Positions 19,277-29,687 are shown, counted from the first letter of the stretch. The stretch: 64,000 bases of DNA from Bacteroidales bacterium (GCA_038248505.1 JBBRXJ010000002.1:32048-96047), one strand, 5' to 3'. Notes: generated from the sequence alone by a model not told the origin. Numbers and translations: made by a program.

Positions 19277-21196
19277 CTAATTCCTATCTTTTTCGGGATG
19301 ATCAAGCTCGCTATAGATGGAGTTTTTACTTAGAAATTCAGGCACTAATACTTTCATTAATGCAACCAATTGTATCTCATCAACCGTTTGATATTTAATA
19401 ATCAGCTCATTAATTTGTTTAATCACCTCATTAGGCTCAGAATCTGTAACCTTACCAATCATTATTTTAGGATGATGAGTTGCTAAAGTATTTTCTCTGT
19501 TAGCGAGTAATTCCTCATAAAGCTTCTCTCCAGGTCGCAAACCGGTGATTTTTATCTCAATATCTTTATCGAGTGTGAGACCTGCCAATTTGATCATCTT
19601 CTTAGCTAAATCAATTATTTTAACCGATTCTCCCATATCAAAAACAAAAATCTCGCCTTCCCTACCCATAAAAGCCGCTTCAAGAACTAGTTGACATGCT
19701 TCTGGAATAGTCATAAAAAAACGAGTTATTTCAGGATGAGTAAGAGTAATGGGGCCACCAGCCTCAATCTGTTTACGGAACAAAGGAATCACAGAACCAT
19801 TTGAACCCAACACATTACCAAATCGAGTAATAATGAATTTTGTTATACCAGCACTTGTTTTATTTAATGCCGCCGTATACATCTCAGCAATGCGTTTTGA
19901 GGCACCCATAACATTTGTCGGATTAACGGCTTTATCCGTCGAAATCATGACAAATCTTTCTATTTTATATTTTACAGATAGATCAGCAACATTTCGAGTA
20001 CCTTTTACATTAACATGTATGGATTCGTATGGATTCATCTCCATTACTGGCACATGTTTATAGGCAGCAGCATGAAAAACAATTTTAGGCTCATGCTTTC
20101 TAAAAACAGTTTCAAGCCTGTAAATATCAGAGACGTCACCCAATATAAGCTCAACAATATCCTTTTTACCCATGGCAGCAATCTCAAGAGCAAGGTCATT
20201 CATTGGTGTCTCAGCTTGATCAAGTAAAATAAGCTTTTCAGGATGATAGTACAACACTTGACGAACAATCTCACTACCAATAGAACCCGCTGCTCCGGTT
20301 ATCAATACACGCTTTCCCGTTATTCCTTTTTCAATATTTTCTTTATCTAAAACAATACACTCGCGACCTAAAAGCTCCTCAATACTAATATTATGAATAT
20401 TAGATAATTGCAACTCGCCATGTAGCCATTTCTCAATGGGAGGCACATCTTTCACGTTAAGCCCTAAAGCTAGGGCCATATCAACAATATCGCGCTTTCT
20501 AATAGCAGGAATATTATGAACCGACATAACCAATTCACTCACCTCCTCATTTTCAAGAAACTTTTTGTTGAGCGCATTTTCAGTACTATAAACCTTAACC
20601 CCATCAATTGATTTACCTTGTTTACTCAGGTTGTCATCTACAAAACCAACTACGCTATAATTAATAAGACTGGATTGTGTTAAGGTATTTCGGGTGATAA
20701 TTCCCAAATTCCCTGCACCATATATAAGGACTTTCAGGTCGTCTTTAGAGGAGTAGGTTAATTGGTAGTATAGGAGCTTGATTAGGAAGCGTGTGTTTAC
20801 TAAAACGAATGAACAAAGCAAAAAATGGATTAGAATAACAGAAAATGGAATATTAAGAAAATATAAAGGATTAATTTGTCGTATAAAATAACTTATAATA
20901 CAAGCCAACCCTGAACTAAAACATAGTGCGGATAAAATTTTTAACGAGTCTTTAAATGTTGTATGTCTAATTACGCCCGAGAACGATCTAAACATCAGAA
21001 ATCCAATTAGAAAAATAAAAAGTAAATATGGCAATTGCATGAAATAGAAGCTCTTTCGAGCTTCTTCTATCACAAAGTTAAATCGTATAACATAGGATAA
21101 AATAAATAGCCCCATCGTTAAACTAATATCGACAAGCAAAACTAACCATGAGGCTACAAACTTATCTGAATATTTTATTGCGAGATTCCGTATCAA
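19277..21196 (-). CDS. Membrane-anchored CapD/PglF/WbpM-type NDP-sugar 4,6-dehydratase
   Basis: 639 aa with N-terminal TM helices, two Rossmann motifs (IYGAGNLG and TGAAGSIGSE) and an SDR catalytic region. Confidence 0.85.
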   Translation of the reverse strand: MIRNLAIKYSDKFVASWLVLLVDISLTMGLFILSYVIRFNFVIEEARKSFYFMQLPYLLFIFLIGFLMFRSFSGVIRHTTFKDSLKILSALCFSSGLACIISYFIRQINPLYFLNIPFSVILIHFLLCSFVLVNTRFLIKLLYYQLTYSSKDDLKVLIYGAGNLGIITRNTLTQSSLINYSVVGFVDDNLSKQGKSIDGVKVYSTENALNKKFLENEEVSELVMSVHNIPAIRKRDIVDMALALGLNVKDVPPIEKWLHGELQLSNIHNISIEELLGRECIVLDKENIEKGITGKRVLITGAAGSIGSEIVRQVLYYHPEKLILLDQAETPMNDLALEIAAMGKKDIVELILGDVSDIYRLETVFRKHEPKIVFHAAAYKHVPVMEMNPYESIHVNVKGTRNVADLSVKYKIERFVMISTDKAVNPTNVMGASKRIAEMYTAALNKTSAGITKFIITRFGNVLGSNGSVIPLFRKQIEAGGPITLTHPEITRFFMTIPEACQLVLEAAFMGREGEIFVFDMGESVKIIDLAKKMIKLAGLTLDKDIEIKITGLRPGEKLYEELLANRENTLATHHPKIMIGKVTDSEPNEVIKQINELIIKYQTVDEIQLVALMKVLVPEFLSKNSIYSELDHPEKDRN

Positions 21197-21269
21197 TTTC
21201 TTACTTTTGCAACAAATCTAAGAAATTTTTAGGATATTGCACTATAAAACAACGATAAGGAATATTAAG

Positions 21270-21301
21270 CTTATTATTTAACTAAAAAGTTAAATAATAA
21301 G
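21270..21301. repeat. Perfect 13-bp inverted repeat in the divergent capD/wzz-like intergenic region
   Basis: CTTATTATTTAAC (21270-21282), loop TAAAAA, GTTAAATAATAAG (21289-21301). Confidence 0.85.
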
Positions 21302-21389
21302 ATCTTAAATATATCATTATTAGAGTTAAAGAGTTAAGAAAAAATTAATTTTTGATAATGCAAAATAATATTCTAAACACAAAATAAAT

Positions 21390-22172
21390 ATGGATTTTAT
21401 TAAATTAATACTGTGTCTTATTAAAGCTATACGAAAAAATATAATGCTATTTTTTATTATAACATTAGCCGGTTTTTTAGGTAGCTTAATCATTGTTGTA
21501 ATACAAAAACCAATCTATTCCTCCCGAGCAATCATATTAACAGATTTCAGAAACACATATCTACCTGATTTAATCCGAAATATTGTTTACTATCGTGAAA
21601 ATGGAAAGGCTGAAACCATCAGCTCAGAAATGAATATCTCAATTGAGGCTTTCAATTCCATTAAAAGTATTGATGTAACTGAAAATCCGGATCCTAAAGA
21701 AGAGCGTTTGATATCATTAACCGTTGGTTTTTATAACAAAGAGTTTACTGATACTTTCTTTAAGGGATTACAATTCTATCTTGAAAACAATTTATATTTA
21801 AGAAAACGGAATGAATTATTACAACAGCAAACCTCTGAATTAATTGATTTAATAAACACCAAAGAATCATTACTCAATACTGGTATTTTTGTGAATGATT
21901 TAGTTCAAGTTAGTCCAATTACTCAAATTGAACAAATAATTTCACTCCGAAACAGAAAAAATGAATTTCTTCGTTCAAAAGAAAGACTAAGTCAGATTAT
22001 ACATTATGTCGAAATTATTCCGTCAATTAATCCTGAAAAACCCACCTTATATACTGTTGCACTTACGACTTTTGCTAGTATCATTATTGCCCTAATGATT
22101 ATAATAATGATAGAATTAAACAATTACTATAAAAAAGATTTTTCTCTAGGCAATAACATAAATACAATATAG
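21390..22172 (+). CDS. Wzz-like chain-length-determinant topology protein (no kinase domain)
   Basis: 260 aa with one N-terminal and one C-terminal TM helix around a helical middle region. The N-terminus resembles the Wzz motif (…QKPIYSSRAIIL). Confidence 0.5.
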   Translation: MDFIKLILCLIKAIRKNIMLFFIITLAGFLGSLIIVVIQKPIYSSRAIILTDFRNTYLPDLIRNIVYYRENGKAETISSEMNISIEAFNSIKSIDVTENPDPKEERLISLTVGFYNKEFTDTFFKGLQFYLENNLYLRKRNELLQQQTSELIDLINTKESLLNTGIFVNDLVQVSPITQIEQIISLRNRKNEFLRSKERLSQIIHYVEIIPSINPEKPTLYTVALTTFASIIIALMIIIMIELNNYYKKDFSLGNNINTI

Positions 22173-23392
22173 AAAGAAAAAAATACAACACCAATTTGTT
22201 TACTAAGGAGATTTTCAAATAATGAATAGGATGCAAAAATAATTATAAACTGTATAAATATCAAATCATAAGATTTTATTGCTTTAATCAATAAAAGAAT
22301 TAGTATTGAAATGAAAAACATACCACCTGGAATACCAATTTTTAAAAATATATCCAAATACTGATTGTGTGTATTCATATTAGATACGGCACCATCCTTA
22401 ATTCCTGCCTTTACATATGATTCATTCAGACATTCCTGAATATCGCCAGTACCCACTCCTATTACGGCATGTTCTTTTATTATATTAATTGTTTGAAACC
22501 AGATTAATATACGATTATTACTTGTATGAATACTTTTCTTATCTAATGTAACTATATCTTTTACCTCGTCTACTGAAATTGTTCTTGAAATTCGTTCATT
22601 ATATTTTACTGCAAAAATTATTGCGATTGACAATAGGGCAAGGGTTATTAACGCAGGGAGGAATGCTGTTTTAAAATATCTTTTTAGGCCAAATGCTATG
22701 CCAATAGAAAAAACGACTATATATATAATCAAACCCGATCGTGACGATAATAAGAAAACCGTTGTTGAAAAAAGCATTAATAGTAAAACTTTTGATGCGT
22801 AATTAACAACTTTTTGTTTTTTGTTGAGATTGAAAAGCACTATAGCGGAAGCCATAGTAATAAACATAGAAAAATAAGTTGGATGAATAAATATCGATAG
22901 CAACTGATAATAGAAATAACTATCATATCCTATATTTGAAACAAACTGAAGATGACCATGAGTTAAATGAATAGATCTATAAAAGGCATATCCCAAACAT
23001 CCTATACAAGCTAAAAATACTCCAAAAACAAAGACCCTGTTTAAAAAACTAAAAACGGTTGTTTTGCTCACTGAAAGACAAGGAAGAATAAACGTAAATA
23101 GAATAAAATAGAATTTGATCTGAACATCAAAAAAACCAGCATGGATATCAGATGAATAGATAATCCCTAATAATAGCCACAAATAAAGAATGGGTAATAA
23201 CCATAATAGCTTACTACCCATTACATATTTAAATCCTATATTTTTCTCTTCTACCGAATAAAATATTATCCAAAAAACAAAAAGAACAATTATCGCCCAA
23301 GATGTAGCAACTCGCGAAAAAGGCAAAGACAAAAGCACTGATCCGACAATATAACTTGCTAGTGCATCGCGTTTTTCAATAGCCAACCACAT
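22127..23392 (-). CDS. O-antigen ligase/polymerase-family (Wzy_C domain) membrane protein
   Basis: 421 aa, polytopic, with NTHNQYLDIFLKIGIPGG matching the HNxYLxxxxExGxxG Wzy_C signature. Confidence 0.7.
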   Translation of the reverse strand: MWLAIEKRDALASYIVGSVLLSLPFSRVATSWAIIVLFVFWIIFYSVEEKNIGFKYVMGSKLLWLLPILYLWLLLGIIYSSDIHAGFFDVQIKFYFILFTFILPCLSVSKTTVFSFLNRVFVFGVFLACIGCLGYAFYRSIHLTHGHLQFVSNIGYDSYFYYQLLSIFIHPTYFSMFITMASAIVLFNLNKKQKVVNYASKVLLLMLFSTTVFLLSSRSGLIIYIVVFSIGIAFGLKRYFKTAFLPALITLALLSIAIIFAVKYNERISRTISVDEVKDIVTLDKKSIHTSNNRILIWFQTINIIKEHAVIGVGTGDIQECLNESYVKAGIKDGAVSNMNTHNQYLDIFLKIGIPGGMFFISILILLLIKAIKSYDLIFIQFIIIFASYSLFENLLSKQIGVVFFSFYIVFMLLPREKSFL

Positions 23393-23397
23393 GTTAA

Positions 23398-24516
23398 TTA
23401 TTTCTTGTAGAACTTTCTAACGGTCTCAATAACACATGCTGCTTGATCATCGGTTAATGCAATATGCATAGGTAAAGTCATTATTCTCTTAAAATGACTA
23501 TCTGCTTGTTTTAAGTGCCACTTCTCTCCTTTAAATGCAGTATGATGATGAATTGCTTTACCTCCCCATGGCAAAATGATTTCAATTTCCTCAGCACGAA
23601 GGTAAGCCAATAGCTTATCACGGTCGTCAGCTTCAAACTCAAAATTCTGATACGCATCGCGATCTGTCATTGTATTTCTATCATTTGGAGATAATACAAT
23701 ATTTGAAAGATCAGATAATCCAGCATAATATAAAGATGCTATATGACGACGTTTCTCTACATATTTCTCCATCTGTGATAAACGGAAATTCAACACTGCT
23801 GCTTGAATATTATCAATACGACAATTGTAGCCCCACTCCTTAATATCACCATCAGAGTCACGCATATGATTTCTCAACAACATCATCTTATTGTACATGT
23901 CAATATCATTAGTGGTAAAAGCACCGGCATCACCCAAAGCGCCTAATGTTTTGGCCGGATAATAACTAAAACATCCACCAACACCATGATTACCGGACAT
24001 TTTCCCTTTGCGGAATGCTCCAAGGCCTTGTGCTGCATCTTCCAATAAAAACATACCATTTTCATTTGCCAACTCTTCAAGCTCAATACAATCGGCTACG
24101 CGACCATTAATGGAAACAGGTATTATTGCCTTTGTTTTTGAAGTGATCATTTTCTTTACAGAATCAATATCAATGAGATGATCTGAAGATTTAATATCAG
24201 CTAATACGGGAGTGCCACCAGCTTGCTCAATTGCAGCAACGGTAGCAGCAAAAGTATGTGCTGACGTTATTACTTCATCACCTGGTTTAATCCCTTTTGC
24301 AATCAAAGCTAATCTTAAGGCATCAGTGCAATTGCTCATTCCTACGGCATATTTTGCCCCTACATATTTTGCAAGATTACGTTCAAACTCCTCTACCTCT
24401 TCTCTCAGCATTAGTTGACCACGTGTTAGGCAACTGAGTAATAATTCGTCAATTTGTTTTTTCTCTGATTGATACCAAAATTGGTAGTCAATAAATTTAA
24501 CTTTATGTGCTGACAT
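23398..24516 (-). CDS. DegT/DnrJ/EryC1/StrS-family PLP sugar aminotransferase
   Basis: 372 aa with the family pattern MSNCTDALRLAL, GDEVITSAHTFAAT and YYPAKTLGALGDAG. Confidence 0.85.
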   Translation of the reverse strand: MSAHKVKFIDYQFWYQSEKKQIDELLLSCLTRGQLMLREEVEEFERNLAKYVGAKYAVGMSNCTDALRLALIAKGIKPGDEVITSAHTFAATVAAIEQAGGTPVLADIKSSDHLIDIDSVKKMITSKTKAIIPVSINGRVADCIELEELANENGMFLLEDAAQGLGAFRKGKMSGNHGVGGCFSYYPAKTLGALGDAGAFTTNDIDMYNKMMLLRNHMRDSDGDIKEWGYNCRIDNIQAAVLNFRLSQMEKYVEKRRHIASLYYAGLSDLSNIVLSPNDRNTMTDRDAYQNFEFEADDRDKLLAYLRAEEIEIILPWGGKAIHHHTAFKGEKWHLKQADSHFKRIMTLPMHIALTDDQAACVIETVRKFYKK

Positions 24517-24520
24517 ATTC

Positions 24521-25456
24521 TTATAGTTTAATGATTGTACGAATTTTCTCTATTACTTTTTCAAATGAAATATTGTAAACATTTCTCAAATAGTTTTGGT
24601 CACCTACTACTGATGTAAACTCCGAAGGTAATGCAAACGCATTGTAGTGCTCCATAATAATACCAGCTACTCCAATCAATGACTCTGATATACAAGAAGC
24701 CAAGCCTCCAATTATTGAATGCTCCTCAACAGAAAAAACATATTTATGTTTTCTAAAAATATCAATTGTACCACTTTTATCAAATGGTTTAATTGTATGA
24801 GCACTATAAACAGAAACTGGTATGGATGAATTCGAAAACTCCTGATGTATTTTATCTGCTATCTCTAACATACCTCCCGTCGAAATAATAGCAATATCGC
24901 TATTAACAGGATTATGCAATGTTAAAATTTGGCCGATCTTAAATTGGCTCAAGCTTTCGTCGCTATGTAATGATGCCTCACCTGCGCGACCCAATCTCAA
25001 ATATACAGGACCATGATTCTCGCGTATTAGCATTTGAGTTATCAAATAAGCTTCACGTGTATCTCCTGGAGCAAATACCTTTAAATTCGGTATTGATCTG
25101 AGAATTGCTAAATCTTCAGTTGCATGATGCGAAATGCCAAGTTGGCCATAAGCCAAGCCACCTCCTACTGCAGTAATAATAACATTTAGGTCATGATATG
25201 CAATATCATTTCGTATTTGCTCAACAGCTCGTAGGGTATTAAAATTTGCTATTGAGTACGTAAACACTTTATGTCCTTCTAGTGCCAAGCCTGCAGCGAG
25301 ACCGGTCATATTGGGCTCCGCTACTCCAGCATTTAAATAATGTTGAGGGTTTTTATCTTTAAAATTCGTCAATACACCAAAACCCAAATCACCAGTAATC
25401 AACATTAATTCCGGTGTAACATTTTCTTCTAACGCTTTTACAAATGCATTACGCAT
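24521..25456 (-). CDS. Transketolase-like ThDP enzyme, C-terminal (pyrimidine-binding) subunit
   Basis: 311 aa. LNAGVAEPNMTGLAAGLALEG is typical of split transketolase subunit B. Confidence 0.85.
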   Translation of the reverse strand: MRNAFVKALEENVTPELMLITGDLGFGVLTNFKDKNPQHYLNAGVAEPNMTGLAAGLALEGHKVFTYSIANFNTLRAVEQIRNDIAYHDLNVIITAVGGGLAYGQLGISHHATEDLAILRSIPNLKVFAPGDTREAYLITQMLIRENHGPVYLRLGRAGEASLHSDESLSQFKIGQILTLHNPVNSDIAIISTGGMLEIADKIHQEFSNSSIPVSVYSAHTIKPFDKSGTIDIFRKHKYVFSVEEHSIIGGLASCISESLIGVAGIIMEHYNAFALPSEFTSVVGDQNYLRNVYNISFEKVIEKIRTIIKL

Positions 25457-26264
25457 ACTTTTCCTCCAACTCCTTTAAAGCATTTTCATATTCTGTTCCT
25501 TGTGGTGTGCGATAGTGCCACAATACCTGATTTTCCATAAATGATACACCTTTCCCTTTTACAGTATTTGCAAGAATTACATGCGGCTTTTCAATTTTAT
25601 CTGCTTTAATTTTATTAAATGCATTTTTTAATTCCTCAATACTATGGCCATCTACCGATTGTACATCCCATCCAAAATTACTCCACTTATCAGCAAAAGG
25701 TTCTAAATTTAAAGTATCTTTTACAGGTGCTAAACTTTGTATCTTATTATAATCTACTATTGCAACAAGATGTGATAATTTGTGGTGACCTGCAAATAAT
25801 ATAGCTTCCCAAGTTGATCCTTCATCACACTCTCCGTCACTCAGGACAACATAAGTACTGTAATTTTTCTGCTTGAGTTTTGTTGAATAAGCTATGCCGG
25901 CTCCAATTGACAAACCATGGCCCAATGAGCCAGTGGAAACTTCAACACCCGGAATGCCCTTGTGCGAAACATGCCCAGAAAGATAGGACCCGTTTTGATA
26001 ATGTGTTTTTAACCAATCAACCGGGAAAAAACCTTTTTCAGCTAACACGGCATAAATACCGGCTCCTGCATGTCCTTTGCTCAATATAAAACGATCACGC
26101 TCGGGCCATTTTGGTTCGCTCGGGCGAATCTGCATTACATCATTATAAAGTACTGCAATTATATCTGCCATTGATAAAACAGCTCCCACATGAGAACTCT
26201 TTCCAAGATGAGTCATATTTACTGCATGACGTCGAATTCGATATGCCAATTCCTTTGTTTCCAT
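25449..26264 (-). CDS. Transketolase-like ThDP enzyme, N-terminal (diphosphate-binding) subunit
   Basis: 271 aa with SSHVGAVLSMADI, ILSKGHAG and LSDGECDEGSTWEA (GDG-like ThDP/Mg motif). 8-nt overlap with subunit B. Confidence 0.85.
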   Translation of the reverse strand: METKELAYRIRRHAVNMTHLGKSSHVGAVLSMADIIAVLYNDVMQIRPSEPKWPERDRFILSKGHAGAGIYAVLAEKGFFPVDWLKTHYQNGSYLSGHVSHKGIPGVEVSTGSLGHGLSIGAGIAYSTKLKQKNYSTYVVLSDGECDEGSTWEAILFAGHHKLSHLVAIVDYNKIQSLAPVKDTLNLEPFADKWSNFGWDVQSVDGHSIEELKNAFNKIKADKIEKPHVILANTVKGKGVSFMENQVLWHYRTPQGTEYENALKELEEKYA

Positions 26265-27032
26265 TTATTCTATTTCAGCAAAACCAATATAAGGATCAAA
26301 ATCACATCGTTGAATTCTTAATTTATTTAAGCCCAAAGTTTCAAGCGCAGCAACAGTTTCGCCTGGCCATATAGGATTATCAAGCTCATCAAATGCAATG
26401 ATTGAACCTTTTGGCATACGTGGAACAAATGTTTCAATGGCAATTTTTGTGGGTTCGTATAAATCAAAATCTAAGAAAAGTAAACTCACTACTAGATGCT
26501 GGTTATCTTTTAAAAAATCGGGCATCGTTTTGCAAGCATCACCTTTTATAAGATTTACTTTTGGTACATGGCCCAGAAAACGATTTTTATCATACGCGTT
26601 GATAATAGCATGCATTTCATCGTATACATTTGCAAACAAATCGCCTTGTTGAGGGTTACGCACAGTATTTTTATCCTTCTCAGATACGTTTGGAAATCCT
26701 TCAAAAGTATCAAAACCATATATACGACGAGTAAGATTAATTGGCTCTAGCATATCGCTAAATAATGCCCACGACATCAATCCTGCACCACGAAATACAC
26801 CGCACTCAACAATAGAGCCTTTTGTATTCAATACTTTTTTAAATATCTCATAACGCGCAATCATTTTGGTGAGGTCCTGACGACGCATATACTTCACCAT
26901 ATTATGCAACTTATTCTGAGTATTGTCACCCGAATTTTCAAAAATATTTACGTAATCACTAACAGCTTCTTGTTCAGAAGCCCTACGAAAATTAGCCTCA
27001 GCGGCAATTGTGTTTTTTTTATCTGCTGACAT
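26265..27032 (-). CDS. TylF/MycF-family SAM-dependent (sugar) O-methyltransferase
   Basis: 255 aa. GSIVECGVFRGAGL and YGFDTFEGFP match the macrocin-O-methyltransferase family pattern. Confidence 0.7.
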   Translation of the reverse strand: MSADKKNTIAAEANFRRASEQEAVSDYVNIFENSGDNTQNKLHNMVKYMRRQDLTKMIARYEIFKKVLNTKGSIVECGVFRGAGLMSWALFSDMLEPINLTRRIYGFDTFEGFPNVSEKDKNTVRNPQQGDLFANVYDEMHAIINAYDKNRFLGHVPKVNLIKGDACKTMPDFLKDNQHLVVSLLFLDFDLYEPTKIAIETFVPRMPKGSIIAFDELDNPIWPGETVAALETLGLNKLRIQRCDFDPYIGFAEIE

Positions 27033-27034
27033 AA

Positions 27035-27640
27035 TTATTTTTTAAATATGGTAAATACGGTTTGAAAAATTATTTTGATATCGATCAAGAATGAACTTGT
27101 CTTTATATATTCAAGCGACAAGCGCATTTTTTCAGGATGAATAAGTTCCATATATGTTTTATCAGGATCAGCACTGCCTGCTAGTATTTCACCTTCATTA
27201 TGAAATTTCAGTGATGCATAATCTGTAATACCTGGCTTAACAGTTAGTACTTTCAGTTCTTCTTCAGTATACTGATCAACAGCCCATTTTACTTGTGGTC
27301 GAGGACCAACAATACTCATATCACCCATCAGCACATTAAAAAGCTGAGGCAGCTCATCTAACTTATATTTACGCAAGAAACGTCCAGCAGGAGTTATTCG
27401 AGGATCATCCTCAGAGGTAGATGACGGACCCATTTTATCTGCATTAACAACCATCGATCGGAATTTATAAAAATTAAATAATTCTCGATTTTTACCAACG
27501 CGTTTTGATTTATAGATAACCGGACCAAAATCATTAATAAGTATCCATACTGTTAAGATAATAAATACTGGACTTAAAAGCATAATACCAATGAGACTCC
27601 CAAAGAAGTCGAATAAACGTTTTAAAATTGTATAAATCAT
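27035..27640 (-). CDS. Small PglC/WcfS-type polyprenyl-phosphate sugar-phosphate transferase (initiating enzyme)
   Basis: 201 aa with a re-entrant N-terminal helix plus DELPQLFNVLMGDMSIVGPRP (Bac_transf signature). Confidence 0.9.
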   Translation of the reverse strand: MIYTILKRLFDFFGSLIGIMLLSPVFIILTVWILINDFGPVIYKSKRVGKNRELFNFYKFRSMVVNADKMGPSSTSEDDPRITPAGRFLRKYKLDELPQLFNVLMGDMSIVGPRPQVKWAVDQYTEEELKVLTVKPGITDYASLKFHNEGEILAGSADPDKTYMELIHPEKMRLSLEYIKTSSFLIDIKIIFQTVFTIFKK

Positions 27641-28428
27641 TTTTCTGATATTGAATAAATAATAATGAACGAATCACAAACACCTGAAGGACTAAATTCT
27701 ACAGGAGAATCATAAGGAGCCATATTCTCTGAAACAATTTCAGGCATGTCTACCAAAGTACCAACAAAAACCCTTTTCAAATATGCACGTGCTTTTAGGC
27801 TTCCCGGAATTAAATGAAACTTAATTGCAAATTTCTTTATAGCAGACACAATCCCGCCTTTTGTAACAGGAAAACCTCCATATAAATTATTTTTAAGAAA
27901 ACATATATTTAGCAACTTAAATAATTCATTGACATCATAATATTTTACAGAAAATGGGGAGGGATGAAAATCATCCCATTCACAATTCACACTACAAATC
28001 ATTAGTTTCCCACCAGGTCTTAAAACTCGAAATGATTCTTTGATAAAATCAACTGCATTGGGCAAATAATAAATCGCTTCAAACAATAAAACCAAATCAA
28101 AACTTTTATCAGGAAATGGCAACTTTGATGCGTCCAACTGGAGCAGCTTAATTTCTTTAGATTCACAATAAGTGCGCTGAGCAATGTCAATATTAACTTG
28201 ATCAATGTCCCCACCAACAACTGATTTTGCATACTTTGCAAGATATCCAAGCCCTATACCCGTTCCGCAACCAACCTCAAGAACATCTTTGTTTGACGCA
28301 ATTTCTGCTGCAAACTTATATCGTTGGTATGTCTTCTCGATTTGTGGTTTGCTGGCTTTTGTACCTGGAGCCTCCGTAATAATGTGATAATTTACTATTT
28401 CAGTCATTTTCAGTAATAAATGCTGCAA
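27637..28428 (-). CDS. Class I SAM-dependent methyltransferase
   Basis: 263 aa with the VLEVGCGTGIG motif I. 4-nt overlap with the sugar transferase. Confidence 0.8.
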   Translation of the reverse strand: MQHLLLKMTEIVNYHIITEAPGTKASKPQIEKTYQRYKFAAEIASNKDVLEVGCGTGIGLGYLAKYAKSVVGGDIDQVNIDIAQRTYCESKEIKLLQLDASKLPFPDKSFDLVLLFEAIYYLPNAVDFIKESFRVLRPGGKLMICSVNCEWDDFHPSPFSVKYYDVNELFKLLNICFLKNNLYGGFPVTKGGIVSAIKKFAIKFHLIPGSLKARAYLKRVFVGTLVDMPEIVSENMAPYDSPVEFSPSGVCDSFIIIYSISEK

Positions 28429-28442
28429 ATATAAAACAAAAG

Positions 28443-29687
28443 CTAGTTTGTTTCCTCATTCACGACTATATTTTCAAGAAAACCCGCATAATCTTTATAA
28501 ATATTAGCAGTATTAAACTGTTTTTCATATATTTCACGAGCATTTTTTGCCATTTTAATTCTCATTTCTTGATTTTCATATAACTCGCGTACTGCATTTG
28601 CATATCCTTCAATATCTGAGGAGTTTACATTTATACCTAGGTGGTCTCTTTCAAGTATTGTAGCCAACTCGCCTTTAAAAGAAGATATTACAGGTAAAGC
28701 TGCTGAGAAATACGCACAAGCCTTATTGGGGAAAATTTCAAAATCGGAATCGGATGTACAAATACCCAATTTGGCAACCTTTAATAAAGCAGCAATTTCG
28801 GCTAAATTGAGCCATCCCGTTAGAAATACATTATCAAGTCCCTGAGCTCTTTTTTCCATGTTTTCAAGCATTACACCGTCGCCTGCCAAAACAAAGACTA
28901 TATCCTTATTATCTTTAAGCCTTCGAGCTGTTTCAATAATTAATGATGGGTTGTTCGTAATACTGAAAATGCCCATAAAAGCAACTACAAATTTCCCCTG
29001 TACTTTGTCGAGCACATTCATCAGACTATCATTTTTTATCTCTAACGTTGAAATTGCGGCAGTATCTCTAAACCCCAAATAAAATACTCTGTCTTTATTT
29101 GTCACTTTTCTCTTTGCATGATCAAGTCCCCATTGCAAATAATTAGTACAATTTGCAGTAATAGCATTTGCATGTTTTAATGCATAATTTAATAAATTAT
29201 ATTCATAGAAAAAGAATGGTTTAAATAGAGGTCTAATTTTTGAGGGGAGAACAGTTAAGAAATAATCCGGCCAAAGATCACGAATATCTACTACCACAGG
29301 TATTTCTCTCTCCTTTGCATAACGAACAACAGAATATGCAAGATCATGAGGTGGCATAGAAACCTGGATTAAGTCCGGCTTCTCCATCTTGCTCGCATTG
29401 TGCAAAAAACGTTTTGATATTTTACGATGATCGATAAGTCGTTTCAATGAAACATTTGAACTATACCCACAACCTTTTAAAGTCAAAAAAGAATAACCTT
29501 CTTTCACTTTTATGAACTTCTCATCAACTGAATTCCAAGTTTTCGTAACATGATCAAATGCACTCGTAATATAGGTAATATCATGCCCTCGAGCAGATAA
29601 TTCTTCTGCAAGTAAAACGCTGCGCATCTTACGAACATTACTATTTAAAGGTAAGGGCTCTCCAATTTGAACGATCCAAATTTTCAT
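28443..29687 (-). CDS. GT4-family (WbuB-like) glycosyltransferase
   Basis: 414 aa with an MKIWIVQIGEPLP start and a C-terminal E-x7-E region, typical of GT-B GT4 enzymes. Confidence 0.8.
   Translation of the reverse strand: MKIWIVQIGEPLPLNSNVRKMRSVLLAEELSARGHDITYITSAFDHVTKTWNSVDEKFIKVKEGYSFLTLKGCGYSSNVSLKRLIDHRKISKRFLHNASKMEKPDLIQVSMPPHDLAYSVVRYAKEREIPVVVDIRDLWPDYFLTVLPSKIRPLFKPFFFYEYNLLNYALKHANAITANCTNYLQWGLDHAKRKVTNKDRVFYLGFRDTAAISTLEIKNDSLMNVLDKVQGKFVVAFMGIFSITNNPSLIIETARRLKDNKDIVFVLAGDGVMLENMEKRAQGLDNVFLTGWLNLAEIAALLKVAKLGICTSDSDFEIFPNKACAYFSAALPVISSFKGELATILERDHLGINVNSSDIEGYANAVRELYENQEMRIKMAKNAREIYEKQFNTANIYKDYAGFLENIVVNEETN

Noticed and set aside
19087-19305. 72-aa minus-strand ORF
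   Set aside because: It is read straight through tRNA-Gln and so is spurious.
24521-26264. The split transketolase as ordinary pentose-phosphate-pathway genes
   Set aside because: This is not rejected outright, but it is unlikely given the 8-nt overlap and the embedding between glycan-modifying genes. It is kept as a finding, with this alternative stated as the refutation test.
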